Shown here one piece after another: positions 28,693-38,633 of a stretch of 64,000 nt of DNA. Under the pieces are notes generated by a model. That model saw only the letters and a program-made list of their open reading frames with translations. It was not told where the DNA came from and searched no databases. The stretch is from an uncultured Acidobacteriota bacterium (GTDB taxonomy: Bacteria > Acidobacteriota > UBA6911 > RPQK01 > JAPXNP01): positions 192,001 to 256,000 of the forward strand of contig CAVZRV010000008.1 of the NCBI GenBank assembly GCA_963777605.1, written 5' to 3'. Every line of letters starts with the position of its first letter. Within the stretch, counting starts at the first letter, position 1. The position numbers and the translations under genes were made by a program.

Positions 28693-31600
28693 CGAGGGTC
28701 GTGCGCCTGCTCGTCCTGCTGGCAATGGTGACTTCCTTCGGCGTGGGGGAGGGCCGCCTGTGGGCCCAGACGTTATTGGCTTGCGGCGATCGCGTCGAGG
28801 GAGAGATCGCTGCGGCGGGCGAACTGGATCGGTACAGGTTCCAGGCCGAGGTCGGAGAGGCGATCCAGTTGGTCGGAGAGAGTCTCGATCGGGGTCTGCA
28901 ACTCGAGATACGTCTCCGCGACCCGTCCGGGCAACTGGTCTTCACCAAGCTGCTTGCGTTACCCCGATCGGGGTCGATCGAGCTGTCCGAGACCGGCGAA
29001 TACACCCTGGAAGTTCACGACTACGTTGATCAGAATACGGGGAGATATGCGCTCAGCCTGCAGTTTACGACCGGCCGGTGTGCTGAATCGATCGGATGCG
29101 GAGACAGCCGGGAAGGGGCGGTTTCCGTCCGTGCAGAGCAAAGAGCCTTCAGGTTTGAGGGTTCGTCCGTGAGAGGTGGTTCGCGTCATTTCCGGGCTCG
29201 CCTCATCCCCTGAACGGTTTCCGGTAGCGGAACTCTTCGGCCCGGGTGGGGACCTCGTGGACGCGGATCAGACCGGGGACTCGGGCAGCGTAGTCCTGCA
29301 GGAGGACGGCCGCTACACTTTGCTCCTGAGTCGCTTTTTCAGCTTTTTCGAGCAGCCTCGCCTCGACACGTTCGGGGTCAGCCTCCAGTCCCCTTCCGGG
29401 CATTGCTCGGCCCACGTGGGCGATGGTGAGGTCATTGAGCGGCAAGTGACCTCCATTGTCCAGCAGGAGGCGCTCAGCTTCCCGGGGAGTGCAGGATCCT
29501 GGGCCAATATCGACGCCGAGGCGTTGGATTACGATGCCTGGGAGCCGGAAATCACGCTGTTCGACCAACTGGGTACGGAGATCGGAGTCGCGACCGGGCC
29601 GAAGGCGGACTTCTTCATCCCCTGGAATAGCGAGTTCACGGCAATCGTGGCAACCCGCGAGGATCGCCCCCGTGCCTACAGGGCGATGGTCAACCTTCCA
29701 GCCTCCCGGCAGGCGTTGGTGACCAATCGGCTCTACCAGTCTCCTGTTCTTTCCTCCGCCGCAGCATTCAACTCCCGGAGCAACCAGTTCGTCGAGGTCT
29801 ACGCCCTTGATGTCTCGGGATATGGGGAGTACGAGATCTATGGACGGAGGCTCGACGGAGAAACACTCGAGCCGATTGGAGAGGAAATCAGGATCAGTCG
29901 AATGGGTCCGGACGGCGACCCCAGATTCCAGGCGACCGATCCGGACGTCTCCTATGATCCCGTTGGCGACCGGTACCTGGTTGTCTGGTCGGGTGAGAAA
30001 TCGGTTGACGGCAGGTTCGAGGTTTACGGGCAGTTTCTGGGTGGAGGGACGGGGGCGGAAATCGGCCAGGATGACTTCCGGATTACCTATTCCGGGGCGG
30101 AGGGAACCCCGGCTTTCGGGGCGTTCCGACCGCGGGTGACCGCTCTGGGATCGAGTGGGCAATACTACCTCTGCTGGCACGCCGACACGAGAGTTGATGG
30201 AGCCTTCGACGTGTTCGGTCAGCGACTGGGAGACGACGGTCTGCCGCTGGGCAGTCCCTTGAGGCTCAACAGCGTCTCCGCCGCAGGCCTTGCGTCTTCG
30301 GCAAGGAATCCCGCACTGGCGTACAACCCGGATCGGGGAGAAGTACTGGTTGCCTGGCAGGGACCGGGCCTGGGCGGTGCCGAACCCCGGGTTTTGGCAG
30401 CCCGCTTCAATGCTTCGACAGGTGCTGCTCTTGGCGGCGGGGCGGTGGTGGTTGGCCCGGGCGCGGATGAGAAATTACCTGCCGGAAGTGACTCGCCGCC
30501 GGCCGTGTGCCTGGCGCGCCAAAAGGGCGAGTACCTGGTGACGTGGTCGTCCTTCGAGGGCAGGATTCTTGGAAGACGGGTCGATGCGGCAACCGGAGAG
30601 CTTCTTGGTTATGGTTCAATTCCAATCAGCGCGGGCGTCGGCGGGTCCCATCCGGCCGTGTCCCAAAGTGACGGGAGCGACAAGTTCCTCGTAGTGTGGC
30701 AGCAGGATGTCGGAGGCGGTAAACAGGAGATTGCCGGTCAGCGGATCGACGCCCTTCGCGGGCTCAGGTCGGGGGAATTGACCTTTCCGGTCAGCCGGAC
30801 CGGCCCGGAGGGAAACAGTAGCTATTCCGCGCGCCTCCCCAACCTGGTCCGCCAGAGTCACGGGGGACGGTACCTGGTAAGTTGGGCGGGGAACGCTCAA
30901 GCAGTGGGGGGGAACTACCTGGTTGCGTCAGGTCTGCCGGTTCTCGAGGGGGCGAGCGCGGGCCACCTGAACTGGATCATAGGCGCCCGGGAGACCCTGT
31001 TGGGACAGAGCGGGTTCCACTTTTCGGGAGCGGTTTCGTCGGCCGGGAGCGATGGTGTCGTCGTGGTCGGCGGATTTGGAGCCTTGACCAGGATTGACTC
31101 GAATGGAGCTGTCCAGTGGAAGCTGGCATCCAGTCAATTCGTGTCCACGCCGGTGGCCTTCCCTCTGACGACACTCGGGGGCAATTTCCTCATCCCTGGC
31201 CAGGCAGGATCGAGTGAAACCGCGGGGTCGCTCAACGCCGTCAGTGCTGGAGGCAGTCAACTCTGGCACCGAGCGGCAGAGGCAGGCGGCTGGGGGCCCC
31301 TTGCGGAAAGTCCGGATTCCGTCTTGTACGGGATCACCTCCGACGGGCACCTCACGGCTGTCGACGGGGAAGGTCAGGAAGTCTGGTCGTTCTCGACAGG
31401 AGAATTCACTCCCACGGCGGCACCCGTCATCGATCCTGGAGGTCGAATCCTGCTTGCAGCGCGGAAGAGTGAGAGCCCGGGTGAAAGTCGCCTCTTTGAG
31501 CTCGACCTCTCTGGGACCCTCGACTGGTCGCTGGATCTCGGCTGGGATATTCCCGACGATTACGCCGTTGCTCTCGGTCCTGACGGAACGGCTTACGTAG

Positions 31601-33537
31601 GAGGGAACTACCTGGGCGCCGTCGGTGCTGACGGCACCCTTGAGTGGAAAACACCCCTCGCAACCAGCGATGGCTCAGCTCCCTGTCGGCCCGCAGTCGG
31701 GCTTCAGGGACAGGTGATCTGCTCTTCGGGCAACGGCGTGCAGGCATTCGGTCCGGCCGGGGACAGGATCTGGACCTTTCAGGCGGATGACGAGGCCGAA
31801 ACGTTTGGCCCGTACCCGGCCCTGGACGGAAACGGTGGACTTTACGCTGTCTCGACCCGGGAGACAGTTACAGGTCCCGCCGGCCGGCTTTACTGCCTGA
31901 ACGGCATGGGGAAACTTCAATGGAAGAGAAGCCTGGGGGGCCAGGGATTCGAACAGTCCGTGCCTTCCTTTGACGAGCAGGGGAGCCTCTACCTGGTTTC
32001 CGACCAGGGGAGCCTTCTCTCTTTCCGGACGGACACCTACCCGGGGACAGCTGGCGTCTGGTCGGCAGCCGGGGGTGACGAACGGCATGCGGGGCGGCGC
32101 GCCGTCACGGAGCCTCAACGGCTTTACTTCGCCCAGTTCGCGGATGGGGCGGGAGCCCTCGCGAGTCAGGTGATCCTCCTCAACCCCAACGCGAACCGGG
32201 ACGTTGGAGCACGGATCGAGTTGCGTGACGACGCCGGGCAGCCTTTGACGATCGATCTGAATGGACAGGTCGTCCAGGGTGCGACGGTACTTGCTGTTCC
32301 CGCCCAGGGGCTGCGGACGCTCCAGACCGATTCGTTGGGGGAACTCCAGGCCGGGTCGGCGCTGGTCGAGTCGAACGATCGACTTGCCGGACTGATTCTT
32401 TTCGGGGGCAGCGTGGGCCTGGCGGGAGTCGGGGCCAGTGCGGCACAGCTCTCGCGATTTCTGGTCCCGATCGAGACTGCCTCGGGGAAGGGCTTGAACA
32501 CGGGCGTTGCCATGATGAATCTCGAAGACACGGATCTTGCTGTCGGCCTGAGGCTGACTGACGGTGAAGGCCGCCCGCTGGCCCGGGCGACGCTATCCGG
32601 CAGTGACAGCCTGCCCGCGGGAGGCCACCTGGCCCGCTTCGTAGACGGGTTCGACTGGGACGAACCGGTCGATTTTTCCGCGTTCGCCGGCCTGCTCGAG
32701 GTTTCGGCAGCGGGCCGCCTGTCCGCGACCGCGATCCAGACCCGACCCGGGCAGTTCGCCACCATGCCCGTCACTTCATGGTCGGATCGCCAGTGGGGGA
32801 AATTGCTCAGTGAAGGAATCCAGGCCCAGGTATCCGCGGGGACCGATTCTCCGTTTCACCTTCAGTTCGCGCAGTTTGCCGACGGGGCCGATGCCCTGTT
32901 CAGCGAGATCCTCCTCTTCAACCCTGATGAATCGTTCACTGCCCGGGCAACTCTTCAGCTCAGGGACGACTCAGGATTGCCGATTGAAGTCGATCTCAAC
33001 GGGCAGGTCGTTGACGGATCATTGGAGGTGATTTTGCCCCCCCTTGGGATGAGGGTTCTCAAGACCGATGGGCAGGGTGACCTGGTCTCTGGTTCTGTCA
33101 CGGTGGAGTCCGATCTGCCGTTGTCCGGTGTCATTGTTTTCGGCGGAGTCGTAGGCCTGGCCGGGGTGGGGTCTAGCCAGGAGATGGTAGACGGTTTTGT
33201 CGCTCCAATCGAGACGAATGCAGCGCTGAAGACCGACACCGGGCTCGCCTTCATCAACCTTGAAGAACGGGAAACCTCCCTGGAGATGACGCTTCTCGAC
33301 CAGGATGGTGGAGTTGTGGCCGTGGCAAATCTGTCCGGGGATCAGGCGCTTCGCCCCGAAGGGCATCGGGCGCTTTTCGCAACGGAAATTGAGTGGGACC
33401 ATGTTGTTGACTTTACAAGTTTTCTCGGAACCTTGGAGGTACGGTCGGACGGGGCAATTGCGGCGACTGTGATTCAGACGCGGCCGGGCCAGTTCGCGAC
33501 AATGCCGGTCGTCCCGATAGCAACCCGCCAGAACTGA
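28690..33537 (+). CDS. Large secreted multidomain protein of about 1600 aa (PPC-like Ig repeats, beta-propeller regions, tandem duplicated C-terminal domain); 1-nt frameshift near 29170
   Basis: Signal peptide MTRVVRLLVLLAMV...; deleting T29170 gives FRFEGSSGEVVRV, which parallels the first repeat YRFQAEVGEAIQL; YLVVW/GQR repeats; PQQ-like G..W repeats; two 217-aa C-terminal units. Confidence 0.75.
32122..33510 (+). repeat. Intragenic tandem domain duplication (32122-32772 and 32860-33510, 651 nt each)
   Basis: Both units start L(Y/Q)FAQFADGA(G/D)AL and end IQTRPGQFATMPV, sharing LRDD.G.P...DLNGQVV.G, FGG.VGLAGVG, PIET, TG.A..NLE, GH.A.F and W...VDF. Confidence 0.9.
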
Positions 33538-33825
33538 TATGGTTTCTTTGACGCCGGGCCGCGAAACGACCTCCTGACGGATCGAAGTGACAATGAAGCG
33601 TATTGTCGAGCCCGTCCCGGGCATCTGTACATTGTCTATTTTCCGGACGGCGGCTCGGTAAATCTTGAAGGTGCGGAGACTCGCTCCTCGTTCTCTCTGA
33701 GATGGCTTGATGTCATGGCTGCCCCTTGGACCGACCCCCGAATTGTGGAGAGTGGAAACCTTGAGTTGGTCGCCCCGGGAGATGGAGATTGGGTAGCGGT
33801 TATTGAGCCGCCTGCTTCGCAGTAG
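33538..33825 (+). pseudogene. Start-less 95-codon open frame resembling the C-terminal putative collagen-binding beta-domain of secreted glycoside-hydrolase-like proteins
   Basis: Manual translation: YGFFDAGPRNDLLTDRSDNEAYCRARPGHLYIVYFPDGGSVNL...SLRWLDV...LVAPGDGDWVAVIEPPASQ*. It is in frame directly after the upstream TGA and is absent from the ORF track. Confidence 0.6.
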
Positions 33826-35131
33826 AGTCTTCCAGTGTGATCTCGACGACGTTGTCCACAGCCTCGCGATCGAGCGACGGCAGGTGAAGGGTGGTCTGCG
33901 CGTCGCCATTTTCAAAGGAGACGGACGTCCCGGTTCCGTACATCTGAGCGGAAATCGGTCTCCTGGGGAGCCCTTCGAGGACGAGTGACGCGTCGTCCTG
34001 TTTGAGAATGTGCACGAAGACGGTATCACCCCGTTGGGTGGTAACGCCCCAGTCGGCCGGCGGCACCGGGCCTCCCCGGGTGCGATAGACGGTGTCCCCG
34101 TACTTCTCCAGCCACCTCCCGATGTCCCGCAGGATCAGAACCTGGCGCTCTTCAATGGTTCCTTCCGGCGTCGGCCCTACATTCAGGAGCAGGTTGCCGT
34201 CACCTCCGACTGTCTGAAGCAGAATCCGGATACAGTCGTTTGCCGACTTGAGCTTGTCGTTCGGCTTCCACGCCCACTGCTCTCCCAGAGTGATACAGGT
34301 CTCCCAGGGGGTTTCGGTGTTAAATGCCCCGACCTGCTGCTCGGGGGTCTCGAAGTCGCCTGCGTACTGAGCCCCCAGGCTCTTCCCCTCCATGCCCTGC
34401 CGTCCCTTGTCCACCCGATTGTTAATCAGAAGATCGGGTTTCAGCCCCCGCAACCAGGCGTAGAGATCCATCCCCATCTGGTGAGTCCAGGGCTTCTCCC
34501 ACTCCCCGTCAAACCAGAGGATCTGAGTTCCGTAGCGGTTCACCAGTTCTTCGAGCTGCATTTTCATAAAGGGGATGTACCGATCCATCGACGCTCCCGA
34601 CTTTTGAACGTCTCCGGTGTAGCGAATTGGATAGTCGGGGTGGTACCAGTCCAGAATCGAGTAGTAAGTGCCGAACAGAATGCCGCCCTGCTTGCATGCC
34701 TTCGAGACCTCCCCGACGATGTCGCGTCCGAAGGGAGTCCCGGCTACGTCGTAATCGGTCGCAGCCGAATCCCAGAGCGAAAAGCCATCGTGGTGCTTGG
34801 TGACCAGTACCAGGTAGCGCATCCCGGACTGGCGGGCGATTCGGACCCATTGGTCAGCATCAAAGTCAACGGGATTGAAGCGTTCGTAGAGCTGATCGTA
34901 CTCGGATGCCGGGACTTCGCGATCCCGGGACCAGCCGATTTCGGTGCCCTTGAGGGCCACCGGTCCCCAATGAATGAACATGCCGAACCGGAGGGCACGC
35001 CAGCGTTGAAGAGCCGGTTGGTTGGTCGTGAGTTGCGGGTAGGCTTCCCCTCCCCCTCTCAGGGCCTGCGCCCATCCACCACCGGGAAGGAGAAGACACA
35101 CTGCGATCAGCAAACCAGGTACTTTCCCCAT
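33800..35131 (-). CDS. Alpha-L-fucosidase (GH29), secreted
   Basis: RFGMFIHWG, FNPVDFDADQW, LVTKHHDGF, YYSILDW, LWFDGEW (nucleophile Asp), INNR, TPEQ, WETC, GNLLLNVGP. Confidence 0.94.
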   Translation of the reverse strand: MGKVPGLLIAVCLLLPGGGWAQALRGGGEAYPQLTTNQPALQRWRALRFGMFIHWGPVALKGTEIGWSRDREVPASEYDQLYERFNPVDFDADQWVRIARQSGMRYLVLVTKHHDGFSLWDSAATDYDVAGTPFGRDIVGEVSKACKQGGILFGTYYSILDWYHPDYPIRYTGDVQKSGASMDRYIPFMKMQLEELVNRYGTQILWFDGEWEKPWTHQMGMDLYAWLRGLKPDLLINNRVDKGRQGMEGKSLGAQYAGDFETPEQQVGAFNTETPWETCITLGEQWAWKPNDKLKSANDCIRILLQTVGGDGNLLLNVGPTPEGTIEERQVLILRDIGRWLEKYGDTVYRTRGGPVPPADWGVTTQRGDTVFVHILKQDDASLVLEGLPRRPISAQMYGTGTSVSFENGDAQTTLHLPSLDREAVDNVVEITLEDSTAKQAAQ

Positions 35132-35137
35132 ACCGGG

Positions 35138-35166
35138 AGAGTATGCAGATACGGAGAATTCCGCAA
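35138..35166 (-). promoter_or_regulatory. Sigma70 promoter TTGCGG-N17-TACTCT ending 6 nt before the fucosidase ATG (leaderless geometry)
   Basis: Read directly on the minus strand; no SD between the -10 and the ATG. Confidence 0.55.
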
Positions 35167-35229
35167 GTCTGCCCGCCGAGGAGATGCGTCCCCGCACGCT
35201 TCGCCGGTCAGGCCCGATTGCCCAGGGGT

Positions 35230-38200
35230 TCAGAATGTCAGCCGGAAGCCGAACTGGATCTGCCGCGGGTCGAAAGCCGAGGTGAAACCGAAGGGCCGGT
35301 TCGAAGCGACGTCGCTGCTGCCGGTCACGTGGCCGCTGTTGATCACCGTCGTGCCGATGACGTTGTTGACTCCCGAGTAGTTGACATTGTTGAAGAGGTT
35401 GAACGCCTCGAAAATCAGGTCGACGGCGACACTCTCCTGTGCCAGGGGCAGTCGTCTCGAGATGCGGAGATCCGTAGTCACATAGGCGGGTCCAGTTCCG
35501 GTGTTGCGCCCGACATTGCCGCCGCTTGAAGTCACCGGGCGATCGGTTTCCTCGTGAGTGTCCTCGTTTGCGTCGAACCCGAGGAGTAGATTGAACGGGC
35601 GCCCGCTTCCAATCGTGACGATCGGAGCCATCGTCCAGTCGGCAAGCAGATTCCGGACGAAGCCATTGTCGATCATTGGGCTGTGCGGGCTCTGGTAGAT
35701 GCCGCTGATGACGAACCTCTGCCGCTGGTCGAACGAGGAGAGGGAGCGCTCTGCCCTGAGATCGCGCTGGTTGTTTGGCTGGAGTTGGGTAATAAAGTCG
35801 GTAGTGTCGTCAATTCCCTTGCCGAAGGTGTAGGAGCCGCTGACGCTGTAACTCTGGCTGAACCGCTTCTTTAGCGAAGCCGTGAACCCGTGGTAGATCG
35901 AGCTGCCACTGGTCTCGATCATGTTCACCTGAACATAGCGAGGATCGAGTCCCGGAAGCGTGAACAGGTTGTCTCCGATCTGACGGACATTGACATCCCG
36001 GGATCGAATCAACCCAAGCCCCCGATTGAGCATGTAGTCGAGCGAAAGCGCCCAGTCCCTGGCCAGGCGACGCTCGATTCCGAAGCTTGCCTGGTGGCTA
36101 TAAGGGTTCTGGACGTTGGCCGCCCCGGGGAGGATTACGGAAGGAGTCGTTCCCGGCTGAAGACCCAGGCTTGCCAGAACACTCTCGTCGATCTTCCCGG
36201 CGGCTCGGAAAGCCCCGTAAACCTCCCTGGAGGTCGCGCTGATTCCCGGAAGGCCGGTCAGAGGCAGGAAGACCTGGGAGATTTGCCCGGAGAGCACCTG
36301 TGAGACAAAGGCGATCGCCTGGAAGAAATTCTGATAGAAGATTCCATACCCGGCGCGGATCACGGTTCCACCCGTACCATCCGGGTTCCAGGCCAGGCCG
36401 ACGCGAGGAGCAAAATTATTGTGGTCGGTGACGGCGAAGCGGTCAAGCGTAAATGGGGCGCTCTCGGAGGAAATCACGTTGAGAGTCTCCGGCCGCCAGT
36501 CGGTGTCATAGCGGACTCCCAGGTTCAGGGTGAAGGTGTTGGAGACCCTCCATGTGTCCTGGAGAAAGAGCGCCATCTGGGTGTAGTTGATGTCGGTTGT
36601 CGGATCCCCGAAGCCCTGGAAGTAGGTGATCGGGAGTCCGAGGTTGTACGACTGGACCGACGTGATCGGTTCGGTCAGGTTCGGGATCAGGTCGGGGCGC
36701 CCCAGTCCGCCCGCGCTCTGTGGGGTGCCCAGCAACGTTGCAACGGTCTGGGTGGTTCCGGTTCCCCCCGCCTGGTCAATGATCAGCCCGAGAGGAATGG
36801 CTTCCCCGAAACTGAACTGCCCCCCCAGGAAGACTTCGGCGTATCCGCCGATATTCAGGAGGTTCACATCTGCACCGGCCTTGAGGGTGTGGTTCCCCCG
36901 GATGAAGGTTGCCGCGTCGGTAACCTGAAACAACCTCTGATCGTAGCCACTCGGATTGAAGAACTCTCTCCCGAACTGGGCGACCCCGGCGAGGATGATC
37001 TCGGGTCCGTTGGGATCGTTGGTCATCGCCTTGAATTTGCGATCACCGTACTGGAACTTGGCGTCGTTGAGAGTGTTGGGGGAGAAGATGTGAGAGTCGG
37101 AAAAGACCAGCGAGAAATCGCGGGTGTCAAAACTCATGCCGTTACTGACACCCTGGAGGGCTCCAAAGTCAGCCCCGTCATTGAATGAGTTGGAGTAGCT
37201 CACCCGGGTGAAGAAATCATTGTTGTCCGAAAAGCGGTGGTCCAGCTTGACCGAGAAGAGATTCTGGTCTGCCCGGAACGGGAAGATCCCGCTTTCGTTT
37301 TCGAAGAGATTCAACGTTCCCGGAAAATTCAGCTTGGTCGTATTCAGGATTCCCACCTGAGGATTTATGAACGCCGCCGAAAGGGCGGCCAGTTTCGGGT
37401 CGCCGACAGCGCCAAGGAACCCGAACAAGGCGTTCTGAGACGAGGTTGCCTGGAAGATGGAAGGGTTATCGAGAAAGGTCACGAAATTCGACTCGTGGCG
37501 ATCCAGTCGTTCGAAGCTGCCAAAGAAGAAAGTTCGATCGCGGACGATCGGGCCGCCCAGCGTTCCTCCGTATTCGTACCGCTTGAAGGGAGGATCTTCC
37601 AGCCGGGCGAAGGCATTCCGGGCATCGAGGGCGTTGTTGCGGAAAAAGAAGAATCCGCTTCCGTGAAACGCGTTCGTCCCCGATTTGCTGACGATATTGA
37701 TAACGCCACCACGTGCCCGGCCGAATTCAGCGGAGAACGAATTCCGGCTGATCTGGAACTCCTGGATTGCGGCCTGACTCATCGTCGCGCGCACGCCGTT
37801 CGAAACGACATCGACATTGTCCGCCCCGTCGATCGTCACGTAGTTACTGCGCATATCCTGGCCGCCGAAGGAGATGCCCGAGGAGGGTGTCTGTGGCGCC
37901 GAGAAATTCACCAGGGAGTTCTTGGTGGTCGAACCCGGCGTGAGCAAGGAGAAGTCAAGGTAACTCCGTCCGTTGATCGGAAGGTTCTCGATCTGTTGTT
38001 CCTCGATCGTGGAGGCCTGCACCGTCTTCTGGCGCTCGACTATCTCGGTGCTGCCGGAGACCGTGATCGCAGTGTCCTGGGTGGAAACGACCAGGTCGAT
38101 GACGATTTCGGCGTACTGCCCGACCGTTAACTTGATTCCCTGGACTACTTTGGTGCCAAACCCCGGCATCTCGGCCCTGACCTCGTACTCGCCGGGAGGG

Positions 38201-38418
38201 AGCAGGAGAAGTTGGAAATTTCCCTCATCATCAGTTACGGAATTACGTTCGAGTCCGGTCGCTACATTGGTCGTCGTAACCGAGACTCCCGGCACGACTG
38301 CGCCCGAGGGGTCCTGCACGACGCCCCGGAGATTCGCCGTGTTCGACTGGGACTGGGCGTAACCACCCACGACCGTCACAAAAGCCAGAAGCCCTGCAAG
38401 AAACCAACTCCTTAGCAT
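35230..38418 (-). CDS. TonB-dependent receptor, Oar-like, with N-terminal carboxypeptidase-regulatory-like domain
   Basis: GVVQDPSGAVVPG, LPINGRSYLDF, AIQEFQI...SAEFGR..GG.INIVSKSGTN, LNLGVRYD, NNFAPRVGLAW, EAFNLFN, terminal PRQIQFGFRLTF; GGAGGG SD. Confidence 0.93.
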   Translation of the reverse strand: MLRSWFLAGLLAFVTVVGGYAQSQSNTANLRGVVQDPSGAVVPGVSVTTTNVATGLERNSVTDDEGNFQLLLLPPGEYEVRAEMPGFGTKVVQGIKLTVGQYAEIVIDLVVSTQDTAITVSGSTEIVERQKTVQASTIEEQQIENLPINGRSYLDFSLLTPGSTTKNSLVNFSAPQTPSSGISFGGQDMRSNYVTIDGADNVDVVSNGVRATMSQAAIQEFQISRNSFSAEFGRARGGVINIVSKSGTNAFHGSGFFFFRNNALDARNAFARLEDPPFKRYEYGGTLGGPIVRDRTFFFGSFERLDRHESNFVTFLDNPSIFQATSSQNALFGFLGAVGDPKLAALSAAFINPQVGILNTTKLNFPGTLNLFENESGIFPFRADQNLFSVKLDHRFSDNNDFFTRVSYSNSFNDGADFGALQGVSNGMSFDTRDFSLVFSDSHIFSPNTLNDAKFQYGDRKFKAMTNDPNGPEIILAGVAQFGREFFNPSGYDQRLFQVTDAATFIRGNHTLKAGADVNLLNIGGYAEVFLGGQFSFGEAIPLGLIIDQAGGTGTTQTVATLLGTPQSAGGLGRPDLIPNLTEPITSVQSYNLGLPITYFQGFGDPTTDINYTQMALFLQDTWRVSNTFTLNLGVRYDTDWRPETLNVISSESAPFTLDRFAVTDHNNFAPRVGLAWNPDGTGGTVIRAGYGIFYQNFFQAIAFVSQVLSGQISQVFLPLTGLPGISATSREVYGAFRAAGKIDESVLASLGLQPGTTPSVILPGAANVQNPYSHQASFGIERRLARDWALSLDYMLNRGLGLIRSRDVNVRQIGDNLFTLPGLDPRYVQVNMIETSGSSIYHGFTASLKKRFSQSYSVSGSYTFGKGIDDTTDFITQLQPNNQRDLRAERSLSSFDQRQRFVISGIYQSPHSPMIDNGFVRNLLADWTMAPIVTIGSGRPFNLLLGFDANEDTHEETDRPVTSSGGNVGRNTGTGPAYVTTDLRISRRLPLAQESVAVDLIFEAFNLFNNVNYSGVNNVIGTTVINSGHVTGSSDVASNRPFGFTSAFDPRQIQFGFRLTF

Positions 38419-38633
38419 GAACCCTCCACACTCTCCAAGTTCAGGGGGGCATCCGGTTGCCACCCCCCCAAAGACAAAAACACCCCACACAACCCGTTTC
38501 GAGCGTCGGCCATACTTGCCTCGGGCGGCAAACAAGCCGGCTCGAGCATTTCCCACAAAACTCAACCAAAAACGGAAGTTTCCCTGCGCGGGAAAGTAAA
38601 CGAAATCGTGCCCAAGGTCAAAGAAAAAACGGT

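Noticed and set aside
33535-33600. Selenocysteine recoding of the TGA ending the giant secreted protein
   Set aside because: The position is not a Cys-equivalent catalytic site, and I see no convincing bacterial SECIS hairpin directly downstream.
38419-38633. Cobalamin or other riboswitch upstream of the TonB-dependent receptor
   Set aside because: Only a G/C hairpin near the SD and T-rich tracts are present; no B12-box or other aptamer core is recognisable.
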